A stretch of 49,897 nucleotides of DNA from Gemmatimonadota bacterium (GTDB lineage Bacteria > Gemmatimonadota > Gemmatimonadetes > Gemmatimonadales > GWC2-71-9). The translations under genes and the position numbers were made by a program. This document shows, in pieces, positions 29,328-40,426 of the stretch; position 1 is the first letter of the stretch, and every line of letters begins with the position of its first letter. The DNA is taken from positions 1 through 49,897 of the forward strand of contig JAZDCZ010000178.1 in NCBI GenBank assembly GCA_036679605.1. Reading direction: 5' to 3'. The notes beneath the pieces are model-generated. The model had not been told where the DNA came from. It searched no databases and saw only the letters and a program-made list of their open reading frames with translations.

Positions 29328-31832
29328 ATGACAAAGCTGAAGCTCGCATTTCGGGCACTCGCCAAGGCACCGGTGGTTACCGGTATAGCGATTCTGTCAC
29401 TCGCACTCGGCATCGGCGCCAATACTGCAATTTTCTCGCTGTTCGATCAGATGCTGCTCAGTTCGCTCCCCGTCGAGGACCCCGGCACATTGGTCAACCT
29501 GGCCAATCCCGGTCCGAAGCCAGGGTCGCAGTGGTGTAGTCAGACCGGAGGCTGTGATGAGGTCTTCAGCTACCCGATGTTTCGCGACCTCGAGGCCCAA
29601 GCCACCGTGAACTTCGCAGGCATTGCCGGTCATCGCTTTTTCGGCGCGAACCTCGCGACGAGTGTTCAGACCACGAACGGCGAGGGCGTGCTAGTGTCCG
29701 GATCATACTTCACGGTGTTGGGGGTTCGGCCGGCCATTGGGCGACTCCTGAGCCTCGACGACGATCGCACGATCGGTCAGCACTTCGTGACGGTGCTCAG
29801 CTACAACTACTGGCAGAACCAGTTCGGCGGGGATCCCAGCGTTCTCAACACAACTATCGTCATCAATGGCGACAACTACACCGTCATTGGGGTCGCGGAG
29901 CGCGGTTTTGAAGGGACGACGCTCGGTTCACGTGCCGACGTGTTCGTCCCCATCACCATGATGAGTAAAATCAGTGCGTTCTTCAGCGATGCCCAGTTTG
30001 AGAACCGGCGAGGCTATCGGTTCTACGTCTTCGGCCGCATCAAGCCCGGGATATCGACGGAGCGAGCGTCAGCGGAGATCAACACGATCTACAGCGCTAT
30101 CGTCAACGATGTCGAGGCCGAACTCCAGAGCGGGATGAGTGAACAGACGATGGCCAGTTTCCGCGCCAAGCAGATCGTCGTGAGCGAGGGCCGACGCGGG
30201 CAAAGTACGATGCACAGCGAGGTGGCAACACCTCTCACCATGTTGATGGCCATCACCGGAGTGGTACTCCTGATTGCCTGCGCCAACATCGCGAACCTGC
30301 TGCTGGCACGCGGCGCCGGCCGCGCCCAGGAGATGGCGATTCGCGGGTCGCTCGGGGCGAACCGGCGCACGCTAGTTACGCAGCTGCTCACCGAGTCCGT
30401 ACTGCTCGCGGCCATTGGTGGCGTCGTGAGCCTTCTCGTTGCGCAGGCAACGATGGGCCTCATCACATCGATGCTCCCACCCGAGAGTTCGCAAATGCTC
30501 GCTCCGACGCTCCGTCCATCCGTACTCCTGTTTGCGGCCGGAGTATCGATCGGTACAGGATTCTTGTTCGGCTTGTACCCAGCGCTCCACAGTACGCGTC
30601 CCGACTTGGTGACGATCTTGAAGGCAAGCTCCGGACAGCCGGCGGGAGCACGCGCCGCCGCACGTTTTCGGGCGGCGTTGGTTACATCGCAGATCGCGCT
30701 GTCGATGGCGTTGCTGGTCGCGGCGGGACTCTTCATACGAAGTCTGGCGAATGTCAGTCGAGTCGAACTCGGATTCACGACCGACAAAGTGGTGACATTC
30801 GGTCTGTCACCGGTCCTCAATGGATATGAAGTGGAAGATACGCGTGCCCTGTTCGAGCGGGTGGAAGACGAACTGGCCGCGATTCCGGGAGTCACGGACG
30901 TCTCAGCGGCACTCGTGCCCGTGCTTTCGGGAAGCAGCTGGGGAACGGACGTCTCTGTCGACGGGTTTGAACGAGGGCCGGACATCGACGCGAATTCGCG
31001 ATATAACGAGGTAGGAGCCGGCTATTTCAGCACACTCGGGATGTCTATTCTGTCTGGACGGGAATTCACGCGGACCGACGATGCCGACGGGCAAAAGGTA
31101 GCCATCGTCAATCAGGAATTCGCCGCGAAGTTCGGGCTAGACGAGCGAGACGCGGTCGGAAAGTACATGAGCACGGGAGGTGACGAGCTGGATGTCCAGA
31201 TCGTGGGGCTCGTCCGCAACGCGAAGTACAACACCGTGAAGCATGACATCGAACCTCTGTTCTTCACGCCTTATCGCCAGGACACGAATCTGGGTTTCGT
31301 GACGTTTTACGTTCGCACGGCCGTGGAGCCGGGCCAAATCCTCCGCGCGATTCCAGGTTTGATTCACACGCTCGACGCCAATCTGCCCGTCGAAGACCTG
31401 AAGACGCTAATGCAACAAGCTCGCGAAAGTGTGATGCTCGATCGCGTTATCGGAACGCTATCGGCCGGCTTCGCGATCCTTGCAACGCTGCTCGCAGCGG
31501 TCGGTCTCTACGGCGTTTTGGCCTACACAGTCGCACAGCGCACGCGAGAACTCGGCCTGCGCATGGCCCTAGGCGCCGATGGTGGCCGCATTCGTGGCAT
31601 GGTGTTGCGCCAAGTCGGCATCATGACACTGATTGGGAGCACCATTGGGATCATCGCGGCATTTGGCGTCGGCCGCGCCGCAGAGTCGATCCTCTTTGGT
31701 ATGGACGGGTTCGATCCCATCGTCCTTGGGTTGGCAACGGGTTTGCTGGCGATTGTCTCTATCGGCGCGGGGTATATCCCTGCCCTCCGAGCATCGAGAG
31801 TAGATCCAATGAATGCCCTGAGGTACGAATAA
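29328..31832 (+). CDS. Duplicated MacB/FtsX-type ABC permease (ADOP-like)
   Basis: LALGIGANTAIFS, LIACANIANLLLAR, GLYGVLAY.VAQRTRELGLRMALGA, DPMNALRYE. Confidence 0.93.
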   Translation: MTKLKLAFRALAKAPVVTGIAILSLALGIGANTAIFSLFDQMLLSSLPVEDPGTLVNLANPGPKPGSQWCSQTGGCDEVFSYPMFRDLEAQATVNFAGIAGHRFFGANLATSVQTTNGEGVLVSGSYFTVLGVRPAIGRLLSLDDDRTIGQHFVTVLSYNYWQNQFGGDPSVLNTTIVINGDNYTVIGVAERGFEGTTLGSRADVFVPITMMSKISAFFSDAQFENRRGYRFYVFGRIKPGISTERASAEINTIYSAIVNDVEAELQSGMSEQTMASFRAKQIVVSEGRRGQSTMHSEVATPLTMLMAITGVVLLIACANIANLLLARGAGRAQEMAIRGSLGANRRTLVTQLLTESVLLAAIGGVVSLLVAQATMGLITSMLPPESSQMLAPTLRPSVLLFAAGVSIGTGFLFGLYPALHSTRPDLVTILKASSGQPAGARAAARFRAALVTSQIALSMALLVAAGLFIRSLANVSRVELGFTTDKVVTFGLSPVLNGYEVEDTRALFERVEDELAAIPGVTDVSAALVPVLSGSSWGTDVSVDGFERGPDIDANSRYNEVGAGYFSTLGMSILSGREFTRTDDADGQKVAIVNQEFAAKFGLDERDAVGKYMSTGGDELDVQIVGLVRNAKYNTVKHDIEPLFFTPYRQDTNLGFVTFYVRTAVEPGQILRAIPGLIHTLDANLPVEDLKTLMQQARESVMLDRVIGTLSAGFAILATLLAAVGLYGVLAYTVAQRTRELGLRMALGADGGRIRGMVLRQVGIMTLIGSTIGIIAAFGVGRAAESILFGMDGFDPIVLGLATGLLAIVSIGAGYIPALRASRVDPMNALRYE

Positions 31833-31848
31833 GAACTACATAGTCGCC

Positions 31849-33509
31849 TCAGTACCTCCAGCTCACCGTGTCCGCTCCGAGCGGATGATTCTTGCGAATC
31901 TGATCCATGATGCGCGGGATGAACATCTGGTGATAGCGCAGTCGCGACAGGCCGTTGCCTCGCGTGTGATCACCGTTCCAGCAGTGCTCATCGCGCGCGC
32001 CGTAGTCAACGTCGCCATCGTAATACGGGGCCGTCGTGCTCTCTAGAAACTCCTCGGCCAGGTACACTGCATTGTTGAGGTAGTAGTTGTCCATCTCGCC
32101 GACGTAGATGAACAGTTTGCCTCTGACCTTAGGGCCGAGCGTTGCCCAATCGCGGCGAAGGATGTGCACCAGGTCGTAGTTCTCACGCCAGTACTCGGCA
32201 ACCTCGGCGTCGATCTCACCCGTCTCTTTATCCCAGATAGGTTGTGGGTATCCGTCGGTGCCGACCGGCGAGTACACGGCTTGCCAGATGTCCCATTGAT
32301 CGCCCGAGCGACCGTGGGACCCGAGGGCCATTTCGCGATGATTCATTTGCTCTAGCGTCGCGCTCACGTGGCCGAGGTAATCGCGATGGCCGGGACGCGG
32401 CGTGGGCTTGAAACCATCGTGGCCGGTGTAGTAGGCGTTCTTATCGTCGTACAGGTTCACGACGGTGTACGCGCGGAAATCGATCGGGTCAGGACAGGCT
32501 GCCCAAGCACCGTTGAAATCGTCGGGATAGAACACCTGTACCGCCATCGCTTCCCACCCGCCGGTCGAGCCCCCGTACGTGAACCGCGCCCACCCCTCGC
32601 CGATGCCGCGGTACTTCAGTTCGATATACGGAATCAGCTCCGTCATGATCGCGTCACCGTATGGTCCGTTGTTCTCGGAGTTCACCGCATACGAGTCATC
32701 GTAGTATGGCGTCGGGTGCTGCACGGTGATGAGAATAACTCTGGGGAAGTTGCGCCCAGTCCATTCCTTATAGAACTCGTGCTGCAGTTCCTGTTGAATA
32801 CGGTTGTAGCAGTCGAGCTGGAACCGTTCCGAGAAGGTGCACGGAACATTCGGATCCGGCGGATCGGATCGGAACCCACCGAACGTGTACGGGAAGTGAC
32901 CATGCATGACCACGAGTGGGTATCGCGCATTCGGATGCTCGCGCTTTCGATACGCTCGTGTTTGATATAATCGGTTTCTGGCGGCTCGGGGATTGGAGGA
33001 ATCTTCTGATCGAGCGTGATCGCAATCTTCGTGGAATGCGTGGGATCGATGTCCACCTCGATGGGCGTAGAATAGAGATTCCCGGGCTTGCGATTCCATG
33101 CCTGACCTTCACCCTTGTCAGGCGGGAGCTTCACGGTGTGCCCATCCGATCGGTGGAACGTCTCATAGCGGTTGAGGAGTGCTTGCACGCGGTAGCGACC
33201 GGCCGGAATTTCGTCGACCCTGTTGACCGGATATCCTACTGCGCTCTCGCCTACGATCGCGTCGGTATCAGGCGCCAGGCCGTCAACATCGATCCCGAAC
33301 ACGAGCTGCGTGCCGGGTCCGTCGTTGATTTGGAACCGCGGTTCGCCTTCGGCGTTAGAGACCAACACCAACAGGCGTCCGTCAAGCCGATCGGCACTCT
33401 GAGTGTCGGTGAAGTGAACTGCGAATTGCACGTTGCCGGCGGAGCCCGAATACGCACCCGCAACCAACGGCAGGACGCACGCGGCAAGCATGGTGCGTGG
33501 CGAAAGCAT
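31849..33509 (-). pseudogene. Secreted alpha/beta-hydrolase (esterase family), frameshifted near 32945
   Basis: N-terminal ORF reads to YIKHERIES, the other frame resumes EHPNARYPLVVMHGHFP and contains GGSTGGW. Confidence 0.8.
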
Positions 33510-33680
33510 GATGTCTCCCGGAGTAGGTCTACATCCAATCTGCGGGCAGATCGTAGGAGTCGCTAGGTCGCTGAATTCTCCAAGCCTTTTGAACTCGCGC
33601 TAGTAGCCTCCCCAAGCTTGCGCTTGGGGTTAGCCTTTTCCCTTTTCCCTCATATTTGGCCGAGCGGTCGAGGCACGGAA

Positions 33681-33708
33681 GAGGGGGTGGCATTCAGGCC
33701 GCCCCCTC
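33681..33708 (-). terminator. Hairpin downstream of 33727-34473
   Basis: GAGGGGGTGGC-ATTCAG-GCCGCCCCCTC. Confidence 0.5.
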
Positions 33709-33726
33709 CTACGAATCGGACTGGTC

Positions 33727-34473
33727 TTACGGTCGCGTGATCACTGGAGTCCAGAGATAGTCCTCGTGCATCCCGCAGATCTTGTCGAACTCCCGCTGGG
33801 CCAGTGCAGCCTCGGCCTCCACGTCCTCGAAAATGGCATCCTGACCGTTCAAGATGCTCTTGGCATCGGGTCCGGACATAGACAGGATCCGCCGGACCTT
33901 GCCCCCCATGCGGTGGGAAAGCCAGCCCCACGACTCGATGCTTCCCTTCTCTACGTGGCGGTCGAATATAGGAGCCAAGGACTGTTGCAGAATCAGGTCC
34001 GCCGCTTCTTGTCTGCTGTAGTCACACACGAAGTAGGTGGAGAGGGTCATACCCGAAACCGAACCGTCGCTATCGGCGCTGGTCGCTGTGACCTCCCAGA
34101 TGTAATCGTCGTGCGACGGGCAGATCAAACCTAGCTCCTGCAACGCCTCAGCATCTTCTTGAAGTTCTTCGACAAGCGCTGCGCGGGCATCGAACATAGC
34201 GTCGCGGTCGGTGCCAGTCGTAAACAACAAGCGACGCCAGTCAGTGCCCATGTCATGGGACCACAACCCCCATCCTGACAGATGACCTGCCTCGACGTGA
34301 CGGTCGAGCCTTGGACCGAATGTCTGTTCAATGATCGCGTCGGCTCGGGTCTCTCGGCCTTGATCACAGCGGTAGTACTGCGCAAACACCCACTGTGTGG
34401 GCTCTTCCTGGGCCGCCAACGGAAGGGCCAGCATTGTTCCGGCGATGGCAGCGAGTGGGAGGGACAACTTCAT
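33727..34473 (-). CDS. Secreted protein with two tandem homologous domains
   Basis: Signal peptide (LAA|Q); motif Y..CD...AD....P..DRHVE.G....WG...H.MG...RR...IC..H.DY.W present twice. Confidence 0.8.
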   Translation of the reverse strand: MKLSLPLAAIAGTMLALPLAAQEEPTQWVFAQYYRCDQGRETRADAIIEQTFGPRLDRHVEAGHLSGWGLWSHDMGTDWRRLLFTTGTDRDAMFDARAALVEELQEDAEALQELGLICPSHDDYIWEVTATSADSDGSVSGMTLSTYFVCDYSRQEAADLILQQSLAPIFDRHVEKGSIESWGWLSHRMGGKVRRILSMSGPDAKSILNGQDAIFEDVEAEAALAQREFDKICGMHEDYLWTPVITRP

Positions 34474-34703
34474 GGAAACTCCTTGGACGTGGGAAACATA
34501 GAGGGGGCCCAGTTCTGGAGGCCTTCAGACGAGGAAGAAGTAACAGAGTGCCGCAAAGGATTGCAAGTAGACATGCTGTATTCGCCCAAGTGGCCTTCGT
34601 TCCTGTGGCAACCCGCGAGGCCGGTCGAGAGTTGGGAGGTGATCTCGATCATCGCGAAGGAACACCTACGAACTGCTCGACGACCCACAAGTATGGCGGT
34701 TGG

Positions 34704-36131
34704 CTATTGGCTGCGTTTCTCAAACCAGAGATTCTTCACCCGCCCAGCATCAAGTCGTAAACCCGTTACGCGATCACCGTCTCTCTGGAACCGGAGCACC
34801 AAGCCGCCGCGTTTGAAGCGATCTTCCTCCCGGAACTCTAACGCACCATCGAGATCGTTGCCGACCGCGACCGCGAGTGCATTGCCCTCCATGGTGATGA
34901 CGTATGTCATGTCCAACTCAAGCGCATAATACTCCCCGACATACGCGCGGAGTTCGGACGCTGGCGGCGATGTGATCGGCTCGTCTTCCTCATGCCGCTG
35001 TCCTCCTTCCTGCGCGTTGCGTTGTTCCAACGGCTCCAGCCGATCTGCCAACACGACATCGGCGACAGCCCGTGAGAGACGCGTCGGATTGGTCGCCGAC
35101 AGATTGCACAGGCAGATCACCGACGTGCGTTCCTCAGGAAAACGCATGAGTTGGGCACGGAACCCAACGAAGGCACCGCCGTGCTGGACCACTTTTAGGC
35201 CACGGTATTGGGAGATACCAAGGCCAAGAGCGTAGGTCAGGGTGTCACCGCCGTTGATAATGCCTTGGGTTTGCAAGTCGTCGAGCAGTCGCTGCCCGCC
35301 CACGGTCGGCTCATAGAAGTTTTGGTCCCACTTGGCTAGGTCTTCGACGGTCGTGTACACGCCGCCATCACCGACCATCCCTAAGGTGGTCATCGAAATG
35401 CGAAAGTCACCGTCCCCAGTTGGTGCGTATCCACTGGCTCGCATTGGAACGACATGTGTGTAGTCATCGTGGAAGTGCGAGTCCTTCATGCCGAGCGGTC
35501 CGAAAATCCGTTGTGCCGCAAACTCGCGCAGCGGCATACCACTGGCGCGCCTGACGATCTCGGACAGCAGGAAGTACCCGGCGTTGGAGTAGAGGTACTC
35601 GTCGCCGGGCGTGAAGTTGAGTTCGTCCTGCCGTACGAGGATATCGATGACCTCTTGGTCTGTGTACCAGTCGTCATCGCGATACCCGGCCAGGTGCATT
35701 AGGGTCAAGTAGTCGCGAATCCCACTCGTGTGGTTCAAGAAGTGACGGATCGTAATCGTGTGGCCGTATTCGGGCAGCTCTGGAATAAACCGCCGCACAT
35801 CGTCGGCTAGTGAGAGTTTTCCATCTTGGCCCAGTAGCGCAATCGCCGCCGCGGTGAATTGCTTAGAGACCGAACCAATCCGGAACACCGACCGGTCGGT
35901 CAGCGCAATGTTGTGCTCCAGGTTGGCCATGCCATACCCGCGCTGGAACACCAGCGCACCGTTTCTGACCACTCCCATCGCACAGCCGGGAGACCATGTG
36001 TGGTCGTAGCGCGAGAAAGTGGAGTCGATCATGGCGATTTGGGAGCTGGTGAGTTGCTGCGCCGAAACGGGGGCAACCATCCCTATCGAACACGTAATGA
36101 GGATGTTGGAAAACGATCTTCTATAGTTCAC
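34704..36131 (-). CDS. Serine hydrolase (beta-lactamase class C-like family)
   Basis: FRIGSVSKQF (SxxK), YLYSN, HGG; signal peptide. Confidence 0.93.
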   Translation of the reverse strand: MNYRRSFSNILITCSIGMVAPVSAQQLTSSQIAMIDSTFSRYDHTWSPGCAMGVVRNGALVFQRGYGMANLEHNIALTDRSVFRIGSVSKQFTAAAIALLGQDGKLSLADDVRRFIPELPEYGHTITIRHFLNHTSGIRDYLTLMHLAGYRDDDWYTDQEVIDILVRQDELNFTPGDEYLYSNAGYFLLSEIVRRASGMPLREFAAQRIFGPLGMKDSHFHDDYTHVVPMRASGYAPTGDGDFRISMTTLGMVGDGGVYTTVEDLAKWDQNFYEPTVGGQRLLDDLQTQGIINGGDTLTYALGLGISQYRGLKVVQHGGAFVGFRAQLMRFPEERTSVICLCNLSATNPTRLSRAVADVVLADRLEPLEQRNAQEGGQRHEEDEPITSPPASELRAYVGEYYALELDMTYVITMEGNALAVAVGNDLDGALEFREEDRFKRGGLVLRFQRDGDRVTGLRLDAGRVKNLWFEKRSQ

Positions 36132-36188
36132 GCGTGTCCCTCCATGCGAATTGTCCTACGCTCGGCGCAGCACTCAGCGCCCAGCATC

Positions 36189-37694
36189 TTATCTTCTCCT
36201 GATCACCACCCCCGGTGTTGCCCCTGTCACGTCGCTTCCGTCGTACACCGCGACACCGTTCACCCATACGCGATCAATTCCGGTGGCCGCGAGTTGCGGT
36301 TCCTCGAACGTCGCTCGATCCTGAATGGTCGCCGGATCAAAGAGTACGAGATCCGCAAGCGCTCCGATGCGGATAACGCCGCGGTCCTCAAACCCCACGT
36401 GCTGTGCGGCAAGGCCTGTCATCCGATGCACCGCCTCCTCGACTGTCAGCACGCTGTCGTCCCGTACGAAGCGTGCAAATACGCGAGGAAACGAACCAAA
36501 GCCGCGAGGGTGCCGACCGCGCAGGCCGCCATCCGAACTCACGTTGGTATGTGGCCAGCGATACAACTCGGCGATGTCTTCGAATCGCATGCTGCGCGCG
36601 ATGATACCCTCGCCGGCGCGCCCGGTGGAATCTTCCCACGCAACCGCCTCGGCGATCAAGGCCATGTACGTGTCGATGGGTGAGACTCTGCGCTGCGCCG
36701 CGATCTCCGAGACCGTCATGCCGACGTACTCAGGTTGGGGGCCGAAGCTCGAAACGATTATGCCTTCCGGTGGTGCGAGTTCCTCTAGAGCAAAGGTCGC
36801 CGCGGCACGGTCAGTGAAGTCCCGCTCGGGGAACAGTACCGTCATGGTCGACTGCCAGTACTCGTAGGGGTAGACGTCGGCCGTGATGTCGATACCGTTC
36901 GCCCTCGCTTCGTCGAGCCGCGCGATGAGGCGGTCGGTCTGACCCCACAGGCTCAGCATCGCCAGCTTCATGTGGGAGATCTGCACCGGGATCCCAGCCT
37001 CGCCCCCGATCGTGATGATCTCCTCAACAGCGTCCCAGAACTCGCGGTCCTCGCTGCGCATGTGGCTGATGTACCTGGCACCATCGAAACCCGCCGTAAC
37101 GCGGGCCAGGGCAACCACTTCTTCGGTGGTCGAGTAGATCCCCGGATCGTATTCCAGTCCCGTGGAGAGGCCGAGCGCGCCGGCCTCGAGTTCGCGTGCA
37201 AGTAGCACGGCCATGGAGTCCTGCTCGCTTGTCGTGGCGTGGCGCCGATAGTCGTCCCCCATGACACGGCCGCGGATCGTGTTGTGCCCGGCGTACGACG
37301 CCACATTCACCGCGGGGGGCGTCGTCTCAAGATCTTCGAAAAACTCGGCGAGTGGGAACCTCGACCCTCCGTCCTGCCCGACAACCACCGTGGTGACGCC
37401 CTGACTCACGACGGCCAAGGCCCCCAATTCCCCAAGAAGACCCCGATCGTGATGGCTGTGGGTATCGATGAAACCGGGTGCGAGCACGTGTCCGTGCGCC
37501 TCCACGACAATCTCTCCGGGAGTGGGGATGAGGTTGCCTATCGCAGTCACCCGCCCATCCGAGAATCGGATGTCAGTCGTGCGTGCTGGCGCTCCGGTGC
37601 CATCGACAAGGAGAGCACCGGAAATCAGGGTGGATCGCTCGGGATTGGCACACCCGAGGATGCAGGAGAGTATGAGGAGTGTACCAAGTCGCAT
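36189..37694 (-). CDS. N-acyl-D-amino-acid deacylase (D-aminoacylase) lipoprotein
   Basis: ILGC lipobox, PGFIDTHSH, LSTGLEY.PG, SHMRSE, HPRGFGSFPR, ADLVLFDP. Confidence 0.92.
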   Translation of the reverse strand: MRLGTLLILSCILGCANPERSTLISGALLVDGTGAPARTTDIRFSDGRVTAIGNLIPTPGEIVVEAHGHVLAPGFIDTHSHHDRGLLGELGALAVVSQGVTTVVVGQDGGSRFPLAEFFEDLETTPPAVNVASYAGHNTIRGRVMGDDYRRHATTSEQDSMAVLLARELEAGALGLSTGLEYDPGIYSTTEEVVALARVTAGFDGARYISHMRSEDREFWDAVEEIITIGGEAGIPVQISHMKLAMLSLWGQTDRLIARLDEARANGIDITADVYPYEYWQSTMTVLFPERDFTDRAAATFALEELAPPEGIIVSSFGPQPEYVGMTVSEIAAQRRVSPIDTYMALIAEAVAWEDSTGRAGEGIIARSMRFEDIAELYRWPHTNVSSDGGLRGRHPRGFGSFPRVFARFVRDDSVLTVEEAVHRMTGLAAQHVGFEDRGVIRIGALADLVLFDPATIQDRATFEEPQLAATGIDRVWVNGVAVYDGSDVTGATPGVVIRRR

Positions 37695-37775
37695 CAGCGG
37701 TAATCTGGGCGTATCGCTCCGAATAGCTAGGGCCTGTGTTGGGATCCCCGAGATGACAAAGACGGTGCGAACGGT

Positions 37776-40277
37776 TCAGAAGAGGAACCCCGTACGGAGG
37801 TAAAATGCCGTTTGCTCGGTGCCACGGACAACAGTAAAGCTCAGCGTGTATTCTCGCCTCAACGGCGCGATCCAGATTCCCCCGCCGGCGTCCGGATGCC
37901 AGCCACCGGGTGATGTCCCCTGAAAATATACGCGTCCAACGTCTGCCAAGCCGAGTACTCCGAGTTCGGTGGGGAACAGGGTGAAGAACCTGGCAAGGGT
38001 GAGACGGGTGTCTGCGCTGCCGTACACTGCTGCGTCGCCGGCAAACCTCTGGAGCTCGAAGCCCCTGAGTGAAGATCCGCCGCCGAGATAGGCCGCCTCG
38101 TGAAAAGGGATCCGACCCCACACTTTCGTGCCTCCGATCCGAACGGCGAAGGTCGGCGCGGTGCGCACTGGCACCGACACGTACGCTCTCATCTCCCCGT
38201 GGAGCTTGCCGAAAATCTCCGCAACCTCGAGCAAAGCCGGATAGATGCGGGCGCCACCGTTGAGGCTAAGGCCGCGTGTCGTCCAACGGATCGCTGCCTG
38301 GGCTCCCACCTGGCTAAATAGCCCTGCGCCGTAGAGTGTGTCCTGGACGATGCGGCCGGGCTCAGCTCTGGTTTTCGTGATTTTGAGCAGAGGCCCGAAC
38401 GAGAAGGTCGTGCGCGAGAAAGGAGAAACCGTCAACTTTGACTCGACCAAGGAGCGGTACTGTGTGACCCGATGAAAATTGCTCCCCTGCAGTCGGTTGG
38501 TTTCATTCCCGAACCCGTGGAACCGAACCCGATCGACGCCGGAGAGGAATGCGTGCAGTGTCCCGCTCACGCCAGGTGTCACGTCGGTGAAGTCGCTCTG
38601 GTATTCGAACAGAAATCGTTTCGACGTTGACACGCCGGCCCTGAGGAGCAGTCTATGCTTGTACGGCTCCCTGCGGAAGCCATGACCGCGCCAGACGACG
38701 CCCGCGCCAATGACGGCTCCATGGTCCGGATTGAATCTCACGATCGGCGCTGGTCTCCATGTGCGGCCCCAATCGGGGATGTCGGGTCGATCCCCTGCGT
38801 CGTAGAAGTACGAGCGCGGTTGCCTCACCTCGGCGGAGCTAATGAGTTCGTCGGCACCATCTCCACCGACGATGCGGACCTTGATGCCGCTCTTACTGGT
38901 GCCCCGAAACTCCGCTTGATCCTGACCGCCCAGGAGATAGAGGCGAATCTCGCGCGTCTCGCGCCGATTGAACGTCCGGCGAAAGTAGGGAGTCCCCGCA
39001 GGTCCTTGCGCTCGGCTCGAGAGCCGAATCTCCACCTGGTCATCGGCGATCCGGTCGACCACGGCGAGATCTGGCTGGTCACTCGCGTGTACATCGGCGT
39101 ATGAGGATACGATTTTGTACAGCCGATCGGAGGCGTGGCGCAGCCGATCTCGCCGTCTCTTGAGCGTGCGAGCCAGGTTGGCCCCCACCAATCGATGGTG
39201 CTCAGGTGGCAAGCGCTGAACGGCCGCGTCGATCACCGAGTCAGTGAGCCGTCTCTGCACGTCGCTCACGAGCGAATCCCAGGTTGGCTTGTCGATCCCG
39301 ACAAGAAACGGGCGGTCCATGTCCCGAGCGCTCCGTGTCAGTCCGTCGATGCTGGAGTAGTCCTCACCAAATGCCACGAGCCGGGGATTATACAAACGAA
39401 GTTTCCCCCTCAAGAACCCGTCGACCCGGATGAACGCCTGATCATGATTCCGCGAAATTGGTCGCCAGGTATCGAGTTGGCCGCCGTCGAACCGTGCCCA
39501 CAACCAGTTGCCGTGCTTGCGGTCTCGGTCTCCAACAATGAGGTCAACGAGGCGTGCCCTGAGAAATCCTTGCGCATCGACACGGTGCCTGGAATCTTGG
39601 TCGAGCAACTCGAACAACGTCTCGGTGTCTACGATCTCGATGGCACCTGCAAATCCCGCCCCGCCGTCCGTACCATCCTGCGGAAACTCTTCAAAAAACA
39701 CCAACGAACCGGCAAACTCATCGCGGAACGGTCCCAGTCGTGGGTGGTTTGGGACGACCATGAGACGTGGCTCCACATGAAGCACTCCTACTGCCTCCAA
39801 GAGTGGAGCGAGCACTAGCGCACCGGTGGGGTGATAGGCGCTGATCTGATCTTGCAGAACGGTTTCATTCAATGTGCCGCGCTCTGCTTCGTCGAGGCCC
39901 GGCCCAACAAACTTGTCGACTGAACGCAGCACGTACTGCCTTCCGTTCGCCCCCACCAAGTGCAGGGTCTTGGTCGTGGCGTCGTCACCGACACGGAGGG
40001 GGGTGAGCCCGTTGCCCAGCCGTTCTAGGTCTGCGACCTCGACCGCGAGGGATTCTGTCCACAGCTCGCGGTACCCACGGCCGGCGAGTACCGCGTGCAA
40101 CCACCCTGCCCGATAATGGGATCCAGCGACAACCGTCACCGACTCGGCTGCTGCCTGACCGAACTCCGGAACACTTTGGGTCAGGAGCACAGCGGGCACG
40201 CCAAGCCACACCAGTACGATGGCAGTCACGCGCTTGCGGACAGTTGGCGTGGAAATGGGCATCAAGCGCTTCATCAT
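37776..40277 (-). CDS. Omp85/BamA-TamA-like outer-membrane protein with large N-terminal domain
   Basis: G..YRELW, YVLRSVDK, ARLVDLIVGDRDR; C-terminal LGG.SSLRGF..QRFAG, DVGRVY, terminal GFLF. Confidence 0.82.
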   Translation of the reverse strand: MMKRLMPISTPTVRKRVTAIVLVWLGVPAVLLTQSVPEFGQAAAESVTVVAGSHYRAGWLHAVLAGRGYRELWTESLAVEVADLERLGNGLTPLRVGDDATTKTLHLVGANGRQYVLRSVDKFVGPGLDEAERGTLNETVLQDQISAYHPTGALVLAPLLEAVGVLHVEPRLMVVPNHPRLGPFRDEFAGSLVFFEEFPQDGTDGGAGFAGAIEIVDTETLFELLDQDSRHRVDAQGFLRARLVDLIVGDRDRKHGNWLWARFDGGQLDTWRPISRNHDQAFIRVDGFLRGKLRLYNPRLVAFGEDYSSIDGLTRSARDMDRPFLVGIDKPTWDSLVSDVQRRLTDSVIDAAVQRLPPEHHRLVGANLARTLKRRRDRLRHASDRLYKIVSSYADVHASDQPDLAVVDRIADDQVEIRLSSRAQGPAGTPYFRRTFNRRETREIRLYLLGGQDQAEFRGTSKSGIKVRIVGGDGADELISSAEVRQPRSYFYDAGDRPDIPDWGRTWRPAPIVRFNPDHGAVIGAGVVWRGHGFRREPYKHRLLLRAGVSTSKRFLFEYQSDFTDVTPGVSGTLHAFLSGVDRVRFHGFGNETNRLQGSNFHRVTQYRSLVESKLTVSPFSRTTFSFGPLLKITKTRAEPGRIVQDTLYGAGLFSQVGAQAAIRWTTRGLSLNGGARIYPALLEVAEIFGKLHGEMRAYVSVPVRTAPTFAVRIGGTKVWGRIPFHEAAYLGGGSSLRGFELQRFAGDAAVYGSADTRLTLARFFTLFPTELGVLGLADVGRVYFQGTSPGGWHPDAGGGIWIAPLRREYTLSFTVVRGTEQTAFYLRTGFLF

Positions 40278-40310
40278 CGGCTCTAGGTTAGCGCTCCCTC
40301 GGATCCCTCG

Positions 40311-40404
40311 CTACCGCCCCGCCAACTCCCTCAACCGCCTGAGCAACATCACCATCGCCCACGTGTCGCGTTCAAGATCGTTGTACCAGAGTTCCGGCAC
40401 GATC
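40311..40404 (-). pseudogene. DUF2779-like gene 3' remnant
   Basis: IVPELWYNDLE|RDTWAMVMLLRRLRELAGR*; the ending resembles RRLRGLVGR* at 45087 and 49871. Confidence 0.6.
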
Positions 40405-40426
40405 GGTGGGTTGTCTGTGTTGGGCG

